Made by a program: the position numbers and the translations under genes. The notes below the pieces were generated by a model that was not told where the DNA came from, did not search any database, and saw only the letters and a list, made by a program, of their open reading frames with translations. This document shows, piece by piece, positions 38,310-49,460 of a stretch of 64,000 bases of DNA. Position 1 is the stretch's first letter, and each line of letters begins with the position of its first letter. The stretch covers positions 52,082,001 to 52,146,000 of the forward strand of contig CM052817.1 in NCBI GenBank assembly GCA_028534125.1, given 5' to 3'. The DNA is from Lama glama (Eukaryota).

Positions 38310-38989
38310 GAATGGCTTCATTTTTTATTTGCCTGTTACAGTTAGTCTCTGTGGCTTTGAGGAGAGGACAATACAGATGGATTTGGCAAATGTCGGAGTT
38401 TTACTGTTATGACCAGCACTCCCTTTAAAGTTTATGCTATTCAATTTTTTCAGTTTTTTGATAAAGGTATATTTTCTAATCTGAGAATTTTAATCAGGGA
38501 TGATTTGAAATACGACGTTATGTATTAACAAGAATCATGTTAAGGGTCTGCGTTGTTCTGAACACCAATTCAGTGAATTAGGTGTCTTCTGAATTGCAGT
38601 TTCACAGTTTCAGTTATTTTCAGAACATTTTAAGTCCTTATTTTCACACAATATTGCCTTATAGGTGAGTGACAGTACTATCACAACATCTTTCTGAACA
38701 GTCATGAAGCGTTTTTTGTTTTTTTTTTTTTTCCCCACGTTCCCTGGCAAGACAAAAAGGGGAAATCTATTATTGAGGGAGAGACTTCATTGCAACTGAG
38801 GTGTTCTGATTCAGGAGTGGTCTTCAATGACAAGGTATTTGCTTTTCTCTTCAGTAACAAAAGAAACGCCACTGAAGATTTCTAGACAAAAAAATAGCAG
38901 GGTGTGGAAAAGATGGGAATAGACCAGTGAGGGTTGTTTGGTACTTCATTTTTGAGAAGCCACTTAGAGTTCTTGAGAAACTATTTTAG

Positions 38990-39190
38990 ATACTTGGTCT
39001 TTGAATAACACATACTTGAATTTAAATCCATGCTGTGTCACTAATGAGATGTGTGAATTTGACAAATTATTCAAGTTCTCTGTCTTTATTTCCTCATTTG
39101 ACAATGGAGATCAGAGCATCAACCCGTCAGGGGTGTCTTGAGGCTCTGACTGAGACCTGTCATAGAGTTAGGATGTGGTAAATGTTAGTG
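38990..39190 (+). mobile_element. MIR SINE
   Basis: 'tgtgtgaatttgacaaattattcaagttctctgtctttatttcctcatttg'. Confidence 0.75.
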
Positions 39191-40554
39191 CCCTTCCCTG
39201 CGTGCTTTTTTAGTCCTTCGACTGTTAGTAAAGATAAAAGCTAAGATAATGCAATAGTTTCCTTACCCTGCATTACTACTGTCAGTGAGGCAAAGTTATG
39301 TAAATCTCTGATCATTAGCACCTATTTCTGGTTCTGTGAATCCTTGGAGTGTCTTAGAATTGCTTTAGCCACCTGCCTGATGTACCACATCCACATATTC
39401 CTTCTGTTCACTTCCTTCTCTCTCCTCTCTTTGCCTAACAGTAAGAGAAGTGGGAAGAACAGAGAAGCAACATTTCTTGTGAAGAGGGGGCCATCCTACC
39501 CATTTTTATGCTCAGATTTACTGCCTCTAGCCTCACAGGGACTGAGGGGTTGAGATTCTGTTCAGTTTTGTCTTTGGGAAAATTTAGAGGACAGAAATTA
39601 CCTAGTGAATGTAGCAAAGCTGCGTACTCAAAAGACAGCAAACCATCCCTCTCCACAAGGTAGTTAACATTTTGAAAACAATTTATTTGGCAGCACTTCT
39701 GCATATAATCATAAACCAAGTCAAACAAGATGAGCATATGCATGTTGTTGAGCCGGATGGTGGAATGGCTTTTCCAGCAGCAACACACCTGTGTAACAAC
39801 ATAATTTCCAGGTAAATAGCTCTTTTATTGCTAATTAGAACTGAGTATGAGATACTGTTCTGAAGCTCCAGTCAAGAAGCCCAGCTACTCACACATTCCT
39901 GACTGAAGAATTGGGTTCCTAGAGCTGGAAAGGTCATTCTCTCACTGTCCTTTGTTGGTACCACACTGGTTGAAGATGCGGAAGGCCCCTGAAACTACTG
40001 CCTTGTCCTCAGCGAATAGAGTGTTGGGTACCACAACCAGATATTCCCAGCATGCAGTTCCTTCCCCCGGCTTTTTCATAAAGAGAAATTCATTCCTTCG
40101 TGTGCCCACTGTAGACTTTGAGAAAGTCCAGGGGCTGGCATTATAGATTATAACATCATTTGCTCCACTCTACTTACTACTAACAATTTTGGGGATGGAT
40201 CTTTGTGCCAAGAAGAAAGCAGTTATTAAGCTCTCATTTTACCTTTGATCTAAAATCCTGATTCCTGTGTTCTTTAAGGATTTGAGCAAGAAGTTTAAAG
40301 AGCAGTGAAGAAAATAAGATAAACCAAGGGGCTTTTAAACACCATTGGTTTGAAATCAGTTGGCATTTAAACCTGCTCCACAGAGAAACGCTATCCTTAT
40401 GAAAGCAATACTAGAATAGAGCTGAATCAGGTACTGCATGAATTACCTCTTGCTCTTTATGATTTTCTTTGCAGTGTAAAAAGGACACATGAATGTGAAA
40501 GGAAAGAATGGGGGGAAAAAGTTAAGGAAACATCTCCAAGGATAGATATTCAAG

Positions 40555-40675
40555 GTCTTCCTTTTTCAGATAAAACAATGGAAGTAATCAGTGAGAATAC
40601 ACTGGTTTCCATAAATTACACTGCTTGGTTACTTAGTGATAGATCTCGGATGAGAATTCACCTCTCCTATTTTAT
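40555..40675 (-). mobile_element. MIR fragment, degenerate
   Basis: 'ttttcagataaaacaatggaag...ttagtgatagatctcggatgagaattcacctctcct'. Confidence 0.45.
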
Positions 40676-40785
40676 ATTACAATAGAGTTTCATACACAGG
40701 ACTATCCAAATTTAAAGAAAACAGAGAAATAAAAATTTTCTCCACTACAGATCTTGGTAAATATTTTCAATCAAGAACTTGATAG

Positions 40786-41010
40786 AGGGTGGGAAGGGAT
40801 AGACTGGGATTTCAAAATTATAGAATAGATAAACAAGATTACACTGTATAGCACAGGGAAATATACACAAAATGTTATGATAAATCACAGAGAAAAAAAT
40901 GTGACAATGAGTGTGTATATGTCCATGAATGACTGAAAAATGGTGCTGAACACTGGAATTTGACACAACATTGTAAAATGATTATAAATCAATAAAAAAT
41001 GTTAAAAAAA
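40786..41010 (+). mobile_element. 5'-truncated young L1 3' end
   Basis: Closely similar to 6155-6410, with AATAAA and A-tail. TSD aagaacttgat at 40773-40783 and 41011-41021. Confidence 0.95.
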
Positions 41011-42405
41011 AAGAACTTGATGGAATAAAAAGCAAAACCAATCACATAGTAAGTTAGTGGAAAAATATAAGAAAATCTAAAGGTTTCTTCTAGAGAGAGA
41101 AGAGACTAATTTACCTATACTAATAGAATCTATGTATGATTTTAGATTCTCTGCCTTTTCTTCACAAATTCCACAAATATAGGATTCTTTCAAAAATAGT
41201 TGTACTTGGAAAAATGTTAATTACTTAGACAAGAGACCCTTACTACTAAAATCATATATTATGTATTATGGTTGATTCGCAGTTATTTCCTTTTATCTAT
41301 ATTATTCTGTAGCAAAATAGCTTTAAATACTTGTGGTTATAAAAATTGTAGATCATAAACTGTAACTTCAATCAACATAATCTCTAAAGTTTGAATTTTA
41401 ATAGTGTCATGCTGATGTAACATTAAGGAAAACAAAAACATTAAATATTACCTGTGGGAAGACTACCCTCTTGTGGTTTGAATTGGTACTACAACTGTCT
41501 TCCTTTCTTCAGGTCTGAATCCCATGAATGGGAATTGTAATAGGTAGACTTGGGAACTAAAAACTACCTTAACAATATTCTTATAAATAATACTATTCTA
41601 GTAATGTAGCTCTATTTTGAAGATATTGGACCAGAGTCCTGGGTATACAGTTACATTTGATTACAAATATTTCCTTTGAGATTTGTAGCCTTAAGGAATG
41701 AAACACCAGCTAATCATTTAATATTTAAAGTTGTCCATCATGTTTGTTAATGTATTATATTATTAATTAATGCTTAATTTTAAAGCTGTAAACTTATTTT
41801 GTGTGAAGTTTTAAAATGTGTGCCTCACACTAGCAGCCTTACAACTACCAAAAATACTCAATGCTAGCAATTACTCACTCCAGCTATTGTTTGAAGTTTC
41901 ACAAATTAAATTACAGATTTTATGTAATGTGAAAATATCCCATCAGGTAGCCATTTCTCTGTTCAAATCCAGTGATACGTAAGAATATTTGTCAAACACA
42001 ATAGTTAGTTTCTTACCACTAAATGGAGAATGCATAATAATTAAGCCAAGATAAGTAGGGAATTTCTCAGTCCCAACTTAAACCTTGTTACAAATTTGAA
42101 ATTTTGAGGTCTCTTAGAAGGACTAATTTGGCTGTAGTCGATTCTTACACTGATAGTGGAAAATAGAATGATCTTGCAGTCTGTGCTGGACTGTGAACAA
42201 AAGATAGTTGTATGTATTCAAACTCTAGCCACAATGGTGCCTTGGCTTCCCGTGGTGTTCCCAGCTTCTCATGAGGACAATACCTCCATATCTTTATACT
42301 CTGCAGTAAAATAACAGTAAAATAGTAGAGTCAGGGTGGAAGGTACATAGGAATGCCCTTGAATGCTAAACGATGCTCTAAAATTTTATCTATAGTCTTA
42401 CTTAT

Positions 42406-43040
42406 GTGGTAGGTTAGATTATAGTTTGGAAATAGTCACACTACCCGCTCACCTCCACAGGAGGAGAGTACTTACTCATAGATGTTAAGCTTGAAACTGT
42501 GAGTGATTCTGGACAACTGTGTGTTAGTCACACATGCTTGGGCAGGAGCCTGAAATGCGCTTGTGAGTGTTGGTTTGCTCACTTGCTTTTCTGTCATGAT
42601 CATTGTAAGAAGGTGCTTAGCCTGGCCTGCTAATCCCAGGAGCACGAGACATGTGGAGCAGAGCCTACCTCTTCTAACCAAGCCTTGCCTAGATCCCTTG
42701 ACTCCCAGCTGCCGCAGATTTCTGAGTTAAGTAAAAGCTTACTATTGTATGCTGCTGAGATTTTTCTTTTGTATATATATATATTTTTATTGAAGTATAG
42801 TCCGTTTACCATGTTGTGTCAATTTCTGGTGTACGGCATAATGCTTCAGTCATACATGAACATACATATATTCGTTTTCATATTCTTTTTCACCATAAGT
42901 TACTACAAGAGTTGAATATAGTTCCCTGTGCTGTACAGTATGAACTTGTTGTTTATCTATTTTATATGTAGTAGTTAGTATCTGCAAATGTCGAACTCCT
43001 AATTTTGTGGCTTTTTTTGTTACACTGCATACTGTGGTCA
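42406..43040 (+). mobile_element. MaLR LTR (MLT1I/J-like), split by an L1 insertion
   Basis: 'tgtggtagg...gagacatgtggagcagagcc...cttactattgtatgctgctgagatttt', resuming as 'ttttgtgg...tgttacactgcatactgtgg'. Confidence 0.75.
42766..43003 (-). mobile_element. 5'-truncated young L1 3' end
   Basis: 'ttttattgaagtatagtccgtttaccatgttgtgtcaatttctggtgtacggcataatgc'. Same subfamily as 685-877 and the end of 58730-60090. Confidence 0.93.
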
Positions 43041-43179
43041 TGTTTAATGGAGCCAATTTTATTTCCCCATGTGGAAAATATTTAACTAATTCATACATAC
43101 AGGGGCAATGTCTACATAGTTGTTCGATCCATTTTCTTCGTCAACATCTTTATGAAGCTCACTCTTTTGATCCTTGATA

Positions 43180-43462
43180 TCAAGTAAATGTCACCTTCTC
43201 AGAGAACAGTTTCTGACTACTCTGGAGTATCTCTTACCAAATAATTCTGTGTATAATTAAGCTGGTTATTTTCTTCATAAAAAATATTTTAAATTTCAAT
43301 GTTCTCATTCATTAATTTATTTGCCAGTATAAATTTATAAGGGTAAAATCCTATTAAATATAAATTTTATGAGGGTAAAATCCTATCTCTTTGTTCTGTG
43401 CTCTGTCTCCAGTTTCTAGTTCATATAATTCTTTCACTAAATACTTTCAAATGAACAAATGA
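43180..43462 (+). mobile_element. L2 3' end with an internal tandem duplication of about 31 bp
   Basis: 'aaatgtcaccttctcagaga' to 'taaatactttcaaatgaacaaatga'. Duplication at 43328-43386. Confidence 0.7.
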
Positions 43463-43680
43463 GTGATCAATTCAGCCCATTAATACATCAATCAGTTTCA
43501 TTACCTGATCTGGTTGACTCTCACTTCAAACATCACTCAAAAAAATAAATCCTCGTTAGTTTTAATTACCACCATAACTGTTTTTTCATTTCACCTGTGT
43601 TTCAACTGTCAAGGATCCAGTAGTTGAGTGGATAACAAATTATTCTAAGTTGACTGGTAATCTCATGCTCTGAATCAGGC

Positions 43681-43755
43681 ATATATATATATTTATATAT
43701 AATATCTATTTTATATATATATATACACACACATATATATACACACACACACACA
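43681..43755. repeat. Compound (TA)n(CA)n microsatellite
   Basis: Visible directly in the sequence. Confidence 0.9.
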
Positions 43756-44344
43756 GTTCCTCCTTCTTCTCATTATATTAAACAAATAAGATGAGAATTC
43801 TCAACATTTATGTCAAGCCTACACCCTTAAAATTAGAAATTCAAAAGTATTCATCATTTGCTGGGTGTAAATTGGGTCACATATAGTAATTATATTATTA
43901 TTTTAAATTTGGGGGGCAAACAGTGTTCTAATTGATAAGTAACATCTATGAACCCAGGAATGGAAAATACTTAGTGAAGTAGAATGTGAAAGTAGAGATG
44001 GAAGAGGTAGGAAGGGAGAAAGGGAGTAAAGGGAAGAGATAAAACTAGAGGGAGAGAAAAAGGAAAGAGACAAAAGGGAAGAGATTTGAGGGAGGAAGCG
44101 ATGTGCTTCAGATTTTGGTAAATTCCTCATTACATTTCAGGTCTCAACCCACGTCTTGCTAAGAAGAGGATACGTAACCTGGGTCAGGCCTTGAATGATG
44201 AGCAGAGTTTGGATAAATGGACAGTGGATAGGAATGAGAAGGCTGCAAGCTGGGTAATGAGCCAACCTGAACTGAAAGGCAAGTCCACTCTCATCAGAAT
44301 ACCCAACTGTGATCCACAGACACCTTGAGATAGGTATTGATGTT

Positions 44345-44670
44345 TGTTATGGGCTGAATAGAGTCTTCTCCCAAATTCATGTGTTGAGTCCTAGTCCCCA
44401 GGACCTAAGAAGGTGACTGTGTTTTGAGGTAGCACCTTTAGAGAAGTAACTGAATAAAATGAGGTCATTTGAGTGGTCTCCAGTCCAGTATGGCTGGTGT
44501 CCATTTACGAAGACACAGAGGGAAGACCATGTTGAGACAGCAGGAGGCAATAGCCAACTACAAGCCAAGAAGAGGGGCCTCAGAGGAAACCCACCAGCCA
44601 GCACCTTGATGGTAGACTTCTAGCTTCCAGGATTGTGAGAAAACACGCTTTGATGTGTAAGCCACTCAAT
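44345..44670 (+). mobile_element. MaLR LTR (MLT1A-like)
   Basis: 'tgttatgggctgaat...ccaaattcatgtgttga...caagccaagaagaggggcctcagaggaaacc...gacttctagcttccaggattgtgaga'. Confidence 0.9.
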
Positions 44671-45003
44671 TCCGACTTCCCCACTGTAGCCCATTCGTTA
44701 TTCAGAAGTCAGTGTATTGTTGTTGCTGCCGCTGTTTTTCTAACTCACAGGACAGAGCATGTCATCGCCGCCTGTGTCCCTCTGGTGACCCTCATGGCAA
44801 ACAGAATAAATCCCAACCTCTTAGCTTGAATGCTGAGGCCCTATTGAACTGACCCTTAGTATTTTTCCTCATCTCATATACTTTCCATTTCACACAGCAC
44901 ATTTTGGACTCATTGAATTTTTTCCTCCTTGTTTTTCAAAGTACTAAATGCCTTTTATTTTTCCTTAAGGAAGCATTTGGTTGGGTCTTTTCCTCCCAGA
45001 TAA

Positions 45004-45129
45004 TTTTTGGGGGGAGGAGGGAGTAATTAGATTTATTTATTTATTTCTGTTTAGAGGAGGTACTGGGGATTGAACCCAGGACCTCGTGCACGCTAAGCAT
45101 GCGCTCTACAACTTCAGCTATATCCTCCC
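45004..45129 (-). mobile_element. tRNA-derived SINE, Vic-1 type (camelid)
   Basis: Reverse complement reads gggaggatatagctgaagttgtagagcgcatgcttagcgtgcacgaggtcctgggttcaatccccagtacctcc (A and B boxes, tRNA-Ala-like head), then (taaa)n and 'ctaattac'. Confidence 0.92.
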
Positions 45130-45235
45130 TGCTGCCCCCGGTTTTTTATAGACAGTTTTTCACGATTCAGTTCTCAGAGTAAGTGCTGGGCACATTTTCA
45201 GAGAGTTCTTGTCTAAGCTAAAAAAAATCTGTCTC

Positions 45236-45767
45236 TGTTAGTGGGCTTTGTCCAGCACAGACCCACCCTGGAAGTGAATTACTTGAGACTTTATCAAGTC
45301 AAGAGAGTGAGAGGGAGCCAGAGACCAACTCCAACACCCCGAGCCCCTCCGAAACTCTTGTATTTACTGAGAACAGTTAAATAAAGGATTAAGGTAAAAC
45401 TCATCATAGGAATGTGTATGGGGCATTGTATACATGCAGGTATGCAGGTCAGCAGCTTTGTGAAAAATAGAAACATTAGTCTTAATCTATATGTTTGTTT
45501 AGGGAGAAGATTACAATGTTTAGGGAGTATACAATCGATAATGGAAACCAGGCAGGCACAAAGACCCCATAAAGACCAAGATCTAACTAGATAAGCGAAG
45601 AATGCCCTGCTGTTTTCAGCAAGGGCAAAACGTACTGGTTTTCCAAGCAGCAGAAGCGCCTGCAGCTAACAACCTACACCTAAGGTAAGCACAGCATGTC
45701 TTGCTGTTTTCAGCAGTTTTCTGCATTGCAGCCCTACAACTTATTAACCCATGACTGTGCTCCCACA
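45236..45767 (-). mobile_element. Putative solo LTR of an unclassified endogenous retrovirus
   Basis: About 530 bp with TG...CA termini, inserted into an L2. Internal 14-bp direct repeat and candidate AGTAAA signal. No TSD found. Confidence 0.5.
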
Positions 45768-45899
45768 TCGATTCTTCTAGTTACTCTCCACCACACCATC
45801 CTATTTTAGTTTTTTCGTGTTTATTTGTTTATTTTGGGGGTCATCTTCTTTGAAGACAGGGATTGTATCTGTTTCACTTGTGATTTGTCATCAGTGGCT

Positions 45900-46212
45900 A
45901 GAGCTGTGCTACCTAACAACATGAACACATGAGGCTACTGAGCACTTAAAAATGCGTTTACTCCATATTAGGATGTGCATTTAGTGTAAAATACACACCA
46001 AATTTGAATGTTTGATATAAAAGCTTGTCAAGTATCTTAATAATTTTATACTGATAGATGTTAAATGAAAATATTATGGATATATCTGTTTAAATATAAA
46101 ATATATTACTTATTATTATACACTTATTTTACCTGCTTCATTTTACTTTATCAGGGCTAACAAAAAAATTAAAATTATATACATGGCTTATAATTGTGGC
46201 CCATACACTTAT
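45900..46212. mobile_element. MER33/MER3-like hAT-Charlie element
   Basis: 'cacatgaggctactgagcactt...gtgtaaaatacacacc...aaattaaaattatatacatggct'. Confidence 0.8.
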
Positions 46213-46214
46213 TT

Positions 46215-49200
46215 TTCTTTAAATCACTTTACTGAAGTATGAGTGACATACAAAAAAGCTGTACAAATTTAATGTGTAGAATTTAATGAGCTTGTGTCTA
46301 TCCATGAAAGCATCACCAAAATCTATGCTGTAAATGTATCCATCATCTCCAAAAGCTTCCTTCTACCTTCTTTACTTATTATTACTGTATGCATGATAAG
46401 AATACTTAACATAATATATACTCTCTTAGCAAATGTTTAAGTATACAATACAGTGTTACTAACTAGAGGCACTGTCCTGTACAGTAGATATTTAGGATTT
46501 ATTCATCTTGGAAAACTAAAACTTCATACCCTTTGACTAGTACCTCCCCGTTTTCCCTTCCCTCCAGTCCCTGGCAACATCGTTCGAGTCTCTGCTTCTG
46601 TAAGTTTGACTATTTTAGATTCCTCATATAAGTGGTAGCATGTAATATTTGTCGTTCTATGTCTTGCTCATTTCACTTGGCCTAATATTTTGCAGGTTCA
46701 CCACTATTTGTTGCAAATGGTAGGATTTCCCTCTTTTGAATACCAAATAATATTCCATTGAATATAGAAACCACATTTTCTTTACCCATTCGTCTGAAGA
46801 TAGACATTTCAGTTGTATCTCTTGGCTATTGTGAATAATGCTTCAATGAACATGAGACTGCGGGTATCTCTTTGAGATCTTGCTTTAATTTCCTGTGGAC
46901 ATATACCCAGAAGTAAGATTGCTGGATCGTACGGCAGCTCTATTTTAATTTTCAGAGAAACTTCTAAAATGTTTTTCATTGTGACTACACCAACTTACAT
47001 TCCTACTAATAGTGTACAGTTTTTTTTTCCTCCATGTCCTTATCAACACTTGTTATCTTTTGGGTTTTTTTTTATAATAGACACCCTAACTGGTATGAGA
47101 TGATATCCCATTGTAGTTTTGATGTGTGTTTCTCTGATGGTTAGTGATGTTGAGCACATTTTCATATACCTGTTGGCCATTTGTATTCTTCCTTGGAGAA
47201 ATATATGTTCAGTTCCTTTGTCCATTTTTAAATCAGGTGGGTTTTTTTTGTTGTTGTTATTTATGATAGAAGTTCCATATATATATGGCATATTAACACT
47301 CAGTCAGATAGGTTTTGAAAATGTTTTTCCAATTCCACAGGTCATCTTTTAATTTTGTTAATATTTTCCATTGCTGTGTAAAAACTTTTTAGTTTGATGT
47401 AGTCTCACTTATCTATTTTTGCTTTTGCTGCCTGTGGTTTTGGTGTGAAACCTACGAAGTCATTTAGAAAGATCAATGCCAGTAAGCTGTTTCTCCATGT
47501 TTTCCTCTAGGAGTTTGGACTTAGATTTTTATTCCATTTGGGACTGATTTTTGTCCAATTTCTTTTTTTTTTTTTTTTTTGCATGTGCTATAATTTTTTT
47601 CTCAACAACATTTATAGAAGGGAATATCCTTTCCCCATTGTGTATTCTTGGGGAATATTCAAAGATCAGTTGACCACATATGGATGAATTTATTTCTGGG
47701 CTCTCTATTTTGTTCCATTGTTCTAAACATCTGTTTTCATTCTAGGACCATATTGCATTGATTGCTGTAGCTTTGGAATATATTTTGAAATCAGGAAGTG
47801 TGATGCCTCCAGGATTGTTCTTTTTCAAGATTGCTTTGGCTTTTTGGGGTTTTTGGAGTTTCATATGAATTTAAGGGGCTTTTTTTCTATTTCTGTAAAA
47901 AAAAATTCCAGTGAAATTTTGATTGCGATTACATCAAATCTGTAGCTTGCTTTCGGTAGTATTGGTATTTTAACAATACTAATTCTTTAAACCCATGAAC
48001 ATAGAATGTCTTCCCACTTATTTATTTAGGATTTAATTTCTTTTTATCAATGTTTTATAGTTTTCGGTGTAGAAGTCTTTCAGCTCCTTAAATTTGTTCT
48101 TCAATATGTTATTTTTTGATGCAATTGCAAATGGGATAGTTTTCTTAATTTTATTTTCAAATAGTTTATTGTTAATATATGGAAATGCAACTGATTTTTA
48201 TTTGTTGATTCTGTATCCTGTAACTTTACTTTATTAGTTTTTTAGTTCTTTTTTCTTTGTTCAAGCCTTTAGCATTTTCTATACATAAGATTATTTCATC
48301 TGTAAACAGAAATAATTTAACTTCTTTTTTTTTCCCAACTGGTATACCTTTTATTTATTTTTCTTGCTTCATTGCTCTGTCTAGGACTTCCAGTATTATG
48401 TTCAAATAGAAGTGGCAAGAATGGACATCTTTGACTTACAGATCTTAGATAAAAAGTTTTCAGTTTTTTTCCCGTTGAGTATCATGTAAGGTGTGGGCTT
48501 TTCATATACAGCCCTTACTGTGTTAAAGTAACTTCCTTCTATACCTAATTGTTGAGTTTGTATCGTGAAAGAATGTTGAATACTGTCAATGATTTTTCTG
48601 CATTTTTGAGAGGATTATGTGATTTTTATCCTTTATTATAATAATGTGGTGTGTCACATTCATTGATTTGCTTATGTTGAACCATTCTTGCATTCCAGAG
48701 ATAACTTCCACTTGGTCATAGTGTTTCTTTTAATGTATTTGGATTTAATTTGCTAATATTTCATTGATGACTTGCATTTATCTATATCAGGAATATTGGC
48801 TTGTAGTTTTCTCTTCTGGTGTCTTTATCTGGCTTTGGTATCAGGGTGATGCTGGACTCAAAATGAGTGTGGAAGTGCTCCCTCTTCTATTTTTGGAAGG
48901 GTTTAATAAGTATTGGTAGTAATCTTTCTGTATATGTTTGGTAGAATTCACTTGTGAAGCCATCTGTTCCTGAACTTTTCTTGGTTGAGAGGTTTTTGAT
49001 TACACAATCAATCTCCTTATTATTGGACTGTTTAGCATTTCTATTTCTGTTTGATTCAGTTCTGGTAAATTGCATTTTTTCCAGGAATGTCAATTTCTTC
49101 TAGATTGTCTAATTTATTGGCATACAGTTGTTCGTAATAGTCCATTGTAGTCTTTTTAATTTCTGTGGCATCATTTGTATTGTTTTCTCTTTTGTTTCTG

Positions 49201-49460
49201 ATTTTGTCTTCTCTCTTTTTTCCTTGATTAGTCTACTAACAGTTTGTCACTTTCCTTAGCTTTAAAAAAAAAAATCTCTTAGTTTCATTCATTTAAAAAC
49301 TGTTGTACTATTATCTATTTCATTTATTTTTGTTCTAATCTTTATTATCACCTTCCATCTGATAGCTTTGAGCTTAGTTTGTTCTTCTTTTTCTAATTCC
49401 TCAAAGTGTAAAGTTAGGTTGTTTATTTGAGATCTTTTGTCTTCTTTAATGTAGGTGTTT
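46215..49460 (-). mobile_element. L1 of about 3.2 kb (L1MA-type 3' UTR plus 3' half of ORF2), decayed
   Basis: Continuous antisense L1. ORFs 47043-47291 and 48887-49093 carry ORF2 motifs ([25 protein letters not shown]). Many stops. Confidence 0.95.

Larger units (their letters stand above)
44680..45900 (+). mobile_element. L2 remnant interrupted by a SINE and an LTR-like element
   Basis: 'acagaataaatcccaacctcttagcttg...aggcccta' before the insertions and 'tttgaagacagggattgtatctgtttcac' after them. Confidence 0.6.

Noticed and set aside
43985..44100. Purine-rich GA tract, possible triplex-forming DNA
   Set aside because: Irregular low-complexity sequence without a clear mirror repeat.
45055..45129. 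tRNA-Ala-like sequences here and at 55843-55920
   Set aside because: They are SINE heads with SINE tails and mutated stems, not tRNA genes.
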